Shown: positions 56,863 through 64,000 of the stretch, one piece after another | Position numbering within the stretch: position 1 is the first letter of the stretch | Layout: every line of letters begins with the position of its first letter | DNA from: Gemmatimonadota bacterium | Lineage (GTDB): Bacteria; Gemmatimonadota; Gemmatimonadetes; Palauibacterales; Palauibacteraceae | Direction: 5' to 3' | DNA: 64,000 nt | Assembly: GCA_963666735.1 (NCBI GenBank) | Contig: OY762926.1 | Span: 2,272,001 to 2,336,000, forward strand | Position numbers and translations under genes: made by a program | Notes under the pieces: generated by a model | What the model was told of the DNA's origin: nothing | What the model saw: the letters and a program-made list of their open reading frames with translations, nothing else | Databases searched by the model: none

Positions 56863-58251
56863 TCAGTCTCCGGGGCGGGCGCCGCCGATTGCGGCGCCGA
56901 GCCACGCCGCGACGCCCGACAGCGGCACGCGCGTCTGCTCGAGAGAGTCGCGGTCGCGCACGGTGCACGTCTCGTCCTCGAGCGTCTGCCCGTCGATCGT
57001 CAGACAGAAGGGGGTCCCCGCCTCGTCCTGCCTCCGGTATCGCTTGCCGATCGATCCCGCGATGTCGTAGAAGACGTTGAAGGTTCCGCGCAGATCATCC
57101 GCCAGCTTCTCGGCGATCTCCGGCATCCCGTCCTTCTTCACGAGCGGGAAGACCGCCGCCTGGAGGGGAGCCAGCGCGGGCTTGAGCCGCAGCACCACCC
57201 GCTGTTGACCGCCGACCTCCTCCTCGTCGTAGGCATCCGCCAGCACGACCAGCAGCGTCCGGCTGAGCCCCGCGGAGGTCTCGATCACGGACGGCACGTA
57301 CTTCCGGTTCGCCGGCTGGTCGAAGTACTCGAGCTTCTTCCCCGAGTGCTCCTGGTGACGCCCGAGGTCGTAGTCCGTCCGGTTGTGGATCCCCTCGAAC
57401 TCCTGCCACCCGAACGGGAACCGGTACTGGATGTCCGAGGCGTCCTTGCAATAGTGCGCGAGTTCATCCGGCCCATGCCGGTGGAAGCGCAACCGCTCCG
57501 GCCGGATGCCCAGCGTCTCGACCCACGCCATGCGGCGCTCCTTCCACGTCTCGAACCACTCGTCCTCCGTCCCCGGCGCCACGAAGAACTGCATCTCCAT
57601 CTGCTCGAACTCGCGCGTGCGGAAGATGAAGTTCCCAGGCGTGATCTCGTTCCGGAACGCCTTCCCCACCTGCGCGATCCCGAACGGGACCTTCTGGCGC
57701 ATCGACTCCTGTACGTTCCGGAAATTGACGAAGATTCCCTGCGCCGTCTCCGGCCGGAGATAGACGGTCGCCGCCTCGTCCTCCACGACCCCCATGAACG
57801 TCTTGAACATGAGGTTGAACTGGCGCGGGTCCGTCCACTGACCGGTGGTTCCGCACACCGCGCACTGCTGGGCCTCGGGCTCGCCCGACTCCAGTTGCGC
57901 CAGGTCGTCCGCGCGAAAGCGGCGGTGGCAGTTCCGGCACTCGACGAGCGGGTCCGTGAACGCGCCCACATGCCCGCTCGCCACCCACACCTCCGGGTTC
58001 ATCAGGATCCCCGCGTCGAGGCCGACGACGTTCGGGTGGCGGTACACCATCTCGCGCCACCAGAGATCCTGGATGCGGTTCTTGAGTTCGATGCCGAGCG
58101 GGCCGTAGTCGTAGACGGACCCCACCCCTCCGTAGATCTCGGAGGACTGGAAGACGAACCCGCGCCGCTTGGCGAGGGACACGAGCTTGTCCATCAGGCC
58201 GGGGGGATGGCCGGAATCGGCGGCGGAATCCGTGTTCGTTTCGTCGGTCAT
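56863..58251 (-). CDS. glyQS: Glycine--tRNA ligase (homodimeric type)
   Basis: KRRGF..SSEIYGG, LRPETAQG, FRNEITPGNFIFRTREFEQME, IGKRYRRQDE. Confidence 0.97.
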   Translation of the reverse strand: MTDETNTDSAADSGHPPGLMDKLVSLAKRRGFVFQSSEIYGGVGSVYDYGPLGIELKNRIQDLWWREMVYRHPNVVGLDAGILMNPEVWVASGHVGAFTDPLVECRNCHRRFRADDLAQLESGEPEAQQCAVCGTTGQWTDPRQFNLMFKTFMGVVEDEAATVYLRPETAQGIFVNFRNVQESMRQKVPFGIAQVGKAFRNEITPGNFIFRTREFEQMEMQFFVAPGTEDEWFETWKERRMAWVETLGIRPERLRFHRHGPDELAHYCKDASDIQYRFPFGWQEFEGIHNRTDYDLGRHQEHSGKKLEYFDQPANRKYVPSVIETSAGLSRTLLVVLADAYDEEEVGGQQRVVLRLKPALAPLQAAVFPLVKKDGMPEIAEKLADDLRGTFNVFYDIAGSIGKRYRRQDEAGTPFCLTIDGQTLEDETCTVRDRDSLEQTRVPLSGVAAWLGAAIGGARPGD

Positions 58252-58588
58252 GAGTATCGGTGGCGGCCACTCGCTTCGGACGCAGCGGCGGAATCGGCTG
58301 GATTGACCGGAAGCTCGGACATCACGCAAGGCGGCTTCGGACGCGAGCGGCAACGATAGCCGTGGCTGGCAGCCCGTGGCAAAGCGTGACGTAGTCATCG
58401 AGCGTCGCAAGAGACCGCGGTTCCTTCGCTTATTCGCGTCAGCGCGGCCGCGCCGGCGTGTGCGAGATCCTCTGCTTGCGTAACCGGAGCCCGTTTCTCT
58501 GCCTTTGTTTGCGCACCGGGCCCCAGTGTTGTATCGGAATGGGGAACGAGTCGCGGGAACGAGTGACATTCAGACCCGGGAGGCGCAA

Positions 58589-58720
58589 ATGTCCCGCTTC
58601 AACCCCTTCCACGCCCTATTCCGTCGAGTCGCACTGCTCGCGGTCATGTTTGCTGCGGTACCGGCGGCCGCTCAGGAGGTCGTCGTCACGATCAACATGA
58701 ACTCATGTTGGAACGTCTAG
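58589..58720 (+). CDS. 43-aa ORF: signal peptide plus short tail (peptide or remnant)
   Basis: GGGAGG RBS; MSRFNPFHALFRRVALLAVMFAAVPAAA-QEVVVTINMNSCWNV*. Confidence 0.45.
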   Translation: MSRFNPFHALFRRVALLAVMFAAVPAAAQEVVVTINMNSCWNV

Positions 58721-59818
58721 TTGTCCTTCCCTCGTCGTAAGGCCGCAGTCGCCGCTACGCTGCTCGCGGCGGCGTGCGGCGGGCCGGCCGATGTCGCATT
58801 TCAGCCCATCAAGCTCGATCCGCTCGCCTCCGTACCGGCACCGCTAAGCACAACCCATGAGCTCACGCTCCTGGGCGGCTCTGCGGCATGCGTCATCGAT
58901 TCGTACCAGTACCGCGTGAGCTGCATCGATCCCGGCGGCGAGTCCATCGATTTCGGCACCGAAGGCGAAGGGCCAGGCGAGTTCAAGTTTCCCAGTCACC
59001 TACTTCGCGGCGCGTCGGGTACGGTCGGAGTATTCGATTTTCAGCTGAACCGCCTGGCAACGTTCGCCGCGTCGGGGGAGTTCCTCGCTTCCACGGGAGA
59101 GCTTCCGGACCAGTTCTTCCTTCTCGACCCCCAAGTGGAGGACGGGACAGTGTTCGGCCGGTATCGGAAGCTCGACTCAAGCGGCGACCGGCCGGTCGTG
59201 CAGGCGGAGGTCGACATGTCGACAGGTCGCGTGGAATGGGAGCGGGCGTTCCCGTACGAAGGGGACATTGTGGACTGCTCGACACCGTTGTGGAGGACCA
59301 CCCGGCTGCTGTCGGGATACGGGGATGGTAGCGGCGGCCTCCTGTTCGTGACCTGCCACGGCGAGTTTCTGGTCTGGTACGCGGACCGGGACGCGGAGGA
59401 GCCCGCCGCGATCGTGCGGTCCCCCACGTACCTTGAGCGATACCCGACCGAGGAGGACGTGGCGTCGACCCGGCGGACGCTGCGGTCGGCACCTTGGGCT
59501 CCTGGCGAAGAGGAGATTCGGTCCAGGCCGAAGTCGTGGTACGGACCGAAGGTTCTGGACGACCGGCGGCGGTTTTGGGCGGTATCGCATTGGAACGCAG
59601 GGGTCGGCGTAATTCCCCCACTCAGCTACATTGACTTGTTTCACCTCACGGACGCTGGTCCCGTGTACGCGCTGACGCTGCAGGTGGCGAACAAGGTCGT
59701 GGGGATGGACGTCCTCGGAGACACCCTCGCGGTTCTCGTGGAGCGGGATGCCGGCGGCGTGGTGCCGGAGCGTCGCGTGGACTGGTACGACGTTGCCGCC
59801 GTTGCAGCCTCGCGGTGA
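58721..59818 (+). CDS. 6-bladed beta-propeller lipoprotein
   Basis: LAAAC lipobox, FGTEGEGPGEF, C-terminal DVLGDTLAVLVER..RRVDWYD. Confidence 0.72.
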   Translation: MSFPRRKAAVAATLLAAACGGPADVAFQPIKLDPLASVPAPLSTTHELTLLGGSAACVIDSYQYRVSCIDPGGESIDFGTEGEGPGEFKFPSHLLRGASGTVGVFDFQLNRLATFAASGEFLASTGELPDQFFLLDPQVEDGTVFGRYRKLDSSGDRPVVQAEVDMSTGRVEWERAFPYEGDIVDCSTPLWRTTRLLSGYGDGSGGLLFVTCHGEFLVWYADRDAEEPAAIVRSPTYLERYPTEEDVASTRRTLRSAPWAPGEEEIRSRPKSWYGPKVLDDRRRFWAVSHWNAGVGVIPPLSYIDLFHLTDAGPVYALTLQVANKVVGMDVLGDTLAVLVERDAGGVVPERRVDWYDVAAVAASR

Positions 59819-60045
59819 CCTATCCGTGTTCGAGCCCGTGATCGAAGCGTAGTTGGCTCAGGATCCGGTGCCCGCTTGCTCGGCATGATGAGTAATCCCG
59901 TCATCCGCCTATCGTCCGCCCGTCACTGTCGAGCTCCGGTCGCTGGCGGTCGGGCACCCGGGAAACGAGATTCTGGGCCGTGCGGTCGCGGCGCTTGGCC
60001 GGCCGCGGCAAACCCCGATGAGACGAGAGGAGCGGGCGAGACGAG

Positions 60046-60561
60046 ATGATCGGCACCCGGATGCAGGCGGCGCTCAACGAGCAGATCACGCAGGAGCTGT
60101 ACGCGAGCCAGGTCTACCTGTCCATGTGCGCCCACTTCGAGGGCGAAGGGCTCCCGGGCTTCGCGCACTGGATGCGCGCGCAGGCCGAGGAGGAGCGGGA
60201 GCACGCGCTCCGCATCTTCGACTTCGTGCACGACCGCGAGGGACAGGTTTCCCTGCGGACAATCGATGCCCCGCCCTCCGAGTTCGGTTCGCCGCGGGAG
60301 GTGTTCGAGGAGGCGCTGGCGCACGAGCGAAAGGTGTCCGGGATGATCGGCAACCTCTATCGCCTCGCGATGGACGAAGCGGACTACCCGGCCCAGGTCA
60401 TGCTGCAGTGGTTCGTCAACGAGCAGGTCGAGGAGGAGAAGACGATCTCCGACATCGTCGACCGGCTGCGGCTCGCCGGCGACGACAAGTCCGCCCTGCT
60501 CATGCTCGAGACGGAGCTGGGCCAGAGGACGGGCGACCCGGGGGCGGACGCCGCCACGTAA
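60046..60561 (+). CDS. ftnA: Ferritin (FtnA type)
   Basis: LNEQI..E...SQVYLSM, QAEEEREHA, HERKV, LQWFVNEQVEEE. Confidence 0.93.
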   Translation: MIGTRMQAALNEQITQELYASQVYLSMCAHFEGEGLPGFAHWMRAQAEEEREHALRIFDFVHDREGQVSLRTIDAPPSEFGSPREVFEEALAHERKVSGMIGNLYRLAMDEADYPAQVMLQWFVNEQVEEEKTISDIVDRLRLAGDDKSALLMLETELGQRTGDPGADAAT

Positions 60562-60594
60562 TTGCCGCCCCACTCTTCCTTTTGCTCGCCATAC

Positions 60595-60623
60595 TGAGTA
60601 ATTTTACTCATCATGTTGAGTAA
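60595..60623. promoter_or_regulatory. Three alternating TGAGTAA/TTACTCA half-sites over the ATPase pseudogene start
   Basis: tgagtaa(60595)-tt-ttactca(60604)-tcatgt-tgagtaa(60617). Confidence 0.6.
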
Positions 60624-60878
60624 ATGGTCGTATTCTCGCCCCTATGCGGAAGAACTTCTCGGACGCCTCCGGGAACCGCGTCGCTTTCTCCAGATCGTTA
60701 CGGGCGCCCGGCAGGTGGGCAAATCGAGGTGAAGAGCGGCCGCGCGGGCGGGACGCCGCCGGGCATCGCCGCGTTCGCCGACCGGTTCCATCCGACACGG
60801 AGCCTGCTTGTCGGCGGCGATGGAATCCCGCTCGATGAGTTCCTCGCGAGACCTGTGGAGTATTGGATCCAGCCCTGA
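60613..60878 (+). pseudogene. Collapsed AAA_14/DUF4143 ATPase
   Basis: MLSKW...LQIVTGARQVGKS (Walker A) joined out of frame to the C-terminal IEVKSGR...LLVGGDGIPLDEFL. Confidence 0.85.
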
Positions 60879-60887
60879 AGGGTGTTC

Positions 60888-62573
60888 CTACCCGCCGGGG
60901 GTCTCGGTGAGGTGGCGGGCGGGGCCCCTCAGCACCTGGCCCGGTTTCGCGCCCGTCACAGAGCCGTCGAGGATCACGGGGACGCCGTTCACGATCACGT
61001 GGTGGATGCCGACCGAGTAGCGGTGCGGGTCCACGTAGTCGGCGCGGTCGATGATGCGGTCGGCGTCGAAGATCGTAATGTCGGCCATCATCCCGTTCGC
61101 GATCCGGCCGCGCTCCGACTGGCCGATCTCGTCGGCCGACATCGAGGTCATCTTCCGGATCGCCTCCTCCAGCGTGAGAACCCCCATCTCGCGCACGTAG
61201 CGGCCGAGGATGCGCGGGAACGTACCGTAGCTCCGGGGATGCGGGAATCCGAGGCCGTAGCCGACCGGATCCCCGTCCGTCTCGAACATCGCCTGCGGGT
61301 GCTGCATGATGCGGATGACGTCCGCCTCGTCCATGAAGTGGTAGATGGCGCTGAACCCGCCCGCCAACTGGAGTTCGATCGCGAGCTGCACGCCGGTCGC
61401 GTCGTTGTTCGGCAGCCCCCGGTCCGCCGCCATGTCCGACATCCGTTTCCCGTTGTACTCGGGGAAGGCGCGGAGCGTGCGGAACTGGATCCGTGAGAGG
61501 TCCCCGCCCGTCCAGTCGCGGCGCATCCACTCCTCGGTCTCCCGCTCCACCCGCGGCCGGATCTCGGGATCGGTCACCCGCACCCGGAACGAGTCGATAC
61601 CGCCGGCCAGTACCCATTGCGGGAAGAGCACGCTGGAGCCGGTACTTCCCGCCATGTACGGGTAGAGGTCGACCTTGACGTCGATCCCCTCGGCGCGCGC
61701 GGAGTCCACCAGCGCGAGGGACTCGACGGTCTTGCCCCAGTTGTCCACTCCCATCGCCTTGAAGTGGTTGATGTGGACGGGAAGCCCGCCCTCGGCGCCG
61801 ACGCGGATCGCCTCGCGCACGGCCGGCAGGAGCCCGCGGGCCTCGTCGCGCATGTGCGTGTAGTAGATGCCGCCGTACTCCGCCGCGACCTTCGCCAGTT
61901 CGATGACCTCCTCGGTTTCGGCGTAGTTGGCCGGGACGTAGAGGAGCCCGGTCGAGAAACCCAGCGCGCCGTCCTCCATCGTCTCCCGCACGAGGTCCCG
62001 CATCGCGTCGAGTTCCTCGGGGGTGGGCGCGCGGTCCTCCATCCCGATCACCTGCTTCCGGGTCCAGCTGTGGCCCGCGAAGAAGCCGGTGTTGGGGGCG
62101 ACCTCGAGATCATCGATGTAGTCGCGCAGCGGATACGGCTGGTCGCCGCTGTGAAGCGAGGGGAGGATGGTCGTGATCCCCTGGCGGATGAAGTTCTCGG
62201 CCAGCGGCCGCCGGTGGACCTGGTTCTGGACGTGGTTGTGGTGGTCGATGAACCCCGGCGAGACGATGAGGCCGGAGGCGTCGATCTTTTCGGCCCCCAG
62301 CCCCGAGAGCCCGCCGTCGCGCGCGATTTCGGCCACGCGCCCATCGCGGATTCCCACGTCGGCGGTGAAGCGGTCGGCCCCCGTCCCGTCGACGACCGTG
62401 CCGCCGACGATGACCAGGTCGAAGGCGGCGTCTCCCGGGCCGGCCGGCACGGCGTCGTCCGTCGATTCGGGCGGCGCGCCGCATGCGGCAAACACGGCCG
62501 CCGCGGCCACGGTCGCCGCGGCCACCGCCAGCGCCGGACGCACGATCCTCCGTCGCATCGCCGCGCGGCGCAT
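60888..62573 (-). CDS. N-acyl-D-amino-acid deacylase family lipoprotein
   Basis: FAAC lipobox, VVDGTG, PGFIDHHNH, GFSTGL.Y, HMRDE, HPRSYGTFPR. Confidence 0.9.
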   Translation of the reverse strand: MRRAAMRRRIVRPALAVAAATVAAAAVFAACGAPPESTDDAVPAGPGDAAFDLVIVGGTVVDGTGADRFTADVGIRDGRVAEIARDGGLSGLGAEKIDASGLIVSPGFIDHHNHVQNQVHRRPLAENFIRQGITTILPSLHSGDQPYPLRDYIDDLEVAPNTGFFAGHSWTRKQVIGMEDRAPTPEELDAMRDLVRETMEDGALGFSTGLLYVPANYAETEEVIELAKVAAEYGGIYYTHMRDEARGLLPAVREAIRVGAEGGLPVHINHFKAMGVDNWGKTVESLALVDSARAEGIDVKVDLYPYMAGSTGSSVLFPQWVLAGGIDSFRVRVTDPEIRPRVERETEEWMRRDWTGGDLSRIQFRTLRAFPEYNGKRMSDMAADRGLPNNDATGVQLAIELQLAGGFSAIYHFMDEADVIRIMQHPQAMFETDGDPVGYGLGFPHPRSYGTFPRILGRYVREMGVLTLEEAIRKMTSMSADEIGQSERGRIANGMMADITIFDADRIIDRADYVDPHRYSVGIHHVIVNGVPVILDGSVTGAKPGQVLRGPARHLTETPGG

Positions 62574-63968
62574 CTATCGCCCGCTCGCGCTCGTCTGCGC
62601 CCGCTCCGTCTCCCACACCGGGACGCCGTCGCGCTTGTAGATGATCCCGTCCTTGATCACGTCGGTCACGTAGCCGAGCACGTTGATGTCGAACAGCGGG
62701 TTGCCGTCCACCACGATGATGTCCGCGAGCTTGCCGGGCTCGATCGTCCCCGTCTCCCGGAGTCCGAGCACCTCCGCCGCGACCTTCGTCGCCGATGAAA
62801 TCGCCTCGATCTCCGTCATTCCCATGTCGACGAGAGCGGACACCTCACGCCACGCCGACTCCGCGTGGAAGTTGAGCGGCGAGCCGGTGTCCGTGCCCAT
62901 CGCCATGAGAGCGTCCGCATCGATGAACTGGCGCGCCGCCCGCTCGCTGTTCCGGATCTGCCGCGGCGTGCTGCGAAAGTACGGCTTCCGCCAGAAGTCG
63001 TCCTTCGTGTACGAACTCAACACCTGCTCGCGGATCGGAGGCGGGAAGCTGTTGATGATATCCGGGTCCCACAGCCGCTCCGGGAATTCGAGCGTGGCGG
63101 GGTAGACCCAGATCCGGTGCGAGATCGTCTGGACGACCGGAATCCCCTCCATCGCGATGTAGTCGACGAGTTCCTGTGAATAGGCGGGGACGCTGCCGCC
63201 CGAGCCCGCATGCTGAAGCACATCGCAGCCGCCGCGGATCGCCCCCCACACGACCTCTTCCTCGTAGACGTGGCAGTGGATCGGGACGCCGGCCGGACCG
63301 GCGACGGCCTTGATGGCCCGCATGTCCTCCTCGGTCGTGCCGATCCACGTCTTGATAACGTCGACCCCCGCGTCGATCAGCATCCGCGTCCGCTCTGCCG
63401 CCTCCTCGGGCGTCCGGTGCAGGACGCGGAGTTCGTCGGGCAGGAAGTCCCATGCGTAGCGGGTGACCCAGGGTCCGCTCACGAGGAGTCGGGGGCCGGG
63501 GACTTCGTTGCGGTTGACCCGGTCGCGGAAGGCGAGGCTCGACATCGGCGCCGCGAGATCGACGCCCGCAGTCACACCCGCCGCGAGCAACTGCTTCGCG
63601 GAGGTCTCGTAGACGAGGTCGTCGTTCCCCTCGAACCACGGGAACCACTGGCTGTAGTCACCGTGTCCGAGAATCATGATGTGCACGTGCGCGTCGACCA
63701 TCCCCGGCATCATCGTCTTGCCCCGCGTATCGATGATCTCCGCGTCCGGCGGGATCTCGATCTCGGCCGCGGGCCCCACGGCGACGATCCGGTTCCCCTC
63801 GATGACGACGGCCGCGTGGTGGATGGGATTCGCCTCGTATCCGTCGAGCAGTTGTCCGCCCACCAGCGCAACGGTCTGCGCCGTTGCGGACGAGGTGGCG
63901 ACGTTGGCGGCCACGGCCGCCAACGCGAGAAGACCTGCGAGTCGGCGGGATCGGTGAGCGGGAACCAT
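62574..63968 (-). CDS. Secreted amidohydrolase family protein
   Basis: PGMVDAHVH, DVIK, HCH, MGTDTG, GTIEPGKLADII. Confidence 0.9.
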   Translation of the reverse strand: MVPAHRSRRLAGLLALAAVAANVATSSATAQTVALVGGQLLDGYEANPIHHAAVVIEGNRIVAVGPAAEIEIPPDAEIIDTRGKTMMPGMVDAHVHIMILGHGDYSQWFPWFEGNDDLVYETSAKQLLAAGVTAGVDLAAPMSSLAFRDRVNRNEVPGPRLLVSGPWVTRYAWDFLPDELRVLHRTPEEAAERTRMLIDAGVDVIKTWIGTTEEDMRAIKAVAGPAGVPIHCHVYEEEVVWGAIRGGCDVLQHAGSGGSVPAYSQELVDYIAMEGIPVVQTISHRIWVYPATLEFPERLWDPDIINSFPPPIREQVLSSYTKDDFWRKPYFRSTPRQIRNSERAARQFIDADALMAMGTDTGSPLNFHAESAWREVSALVDMGMTEIEAISSATKVAAEVLGLRETGTIEPGKLADIIVVDGNPLFDINVLGYVTDVIKDGIIYKRDGVPVWETERAQTSASGR

Positions 63969-64000
63969 GTGACCTCCTGTGCTGGCGGCGCTTCCGGATC

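Noticed and set aside
58252..58588. Intergenic region upstream of glyQS with GCTTCGGACGC twice; T-box or ncRNA?
   Set aside because: No T-box consensus or terminator recognised
62571..62576. In-frame TAG directly followed by a start codon (also at 29737-29742 and 58718-58723): amber readthrough?
   Set aside because: Downstream genes have their own signal peptides and no pyl or suppressor genes are in the window; most likely tight gene packing

Overview
High-GC bacterial chromosomal window. The gene families (Tat-exported enzymes, 6-bladed beta-propeller lipoproteins, AAA_14/DUF4143 ATPases, M28 and amidohydrolase enzymes, homodimeric GlyRS) suggest Gemmatimonadota, possibly host-associated; this is inference only. 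Core content: about 55 intact CDS, 13 tRNA genes in two minus-strand arrays (none encodes CCA), glyQS, nth-queG, a pduO-led operon, ferritin and a metal cluster (three-domain multicopper oxidase, TolC-CusB-CusA, two-domain oxidase + ZIP behind a DtxR/MntR-type palindrome). Accessory DNA is heavily decayed: an orphan DNA methyltransferase islet between duplicated gene ends, three toxin-antitoxin modules with damaged toxin and intact antitoxin, and remnants of helicase, AbiJ-like, TRAP and DsbA genes. Two 'collapsed' genes keep their start and end but have lost their middles at microhomologies. Best candidates for new biology: (1) a PfkB kinase fused to a Qng1/DUF2419-like glycosylase domain with a C-terminal 4Fe-4S motif (34768-36558), possibly a one-protein queuosine or modified-nucleoside salvage path; (2) the microhomology-driven gene-collapse pattern; (3) a BBOX/TauD dioxygenase + HD oxygenase + MetF module; (4) a DUF2946/CruR-like leader ORF upstream of the Cus efflux operon. 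All family calls come from motif reading, not database searches.
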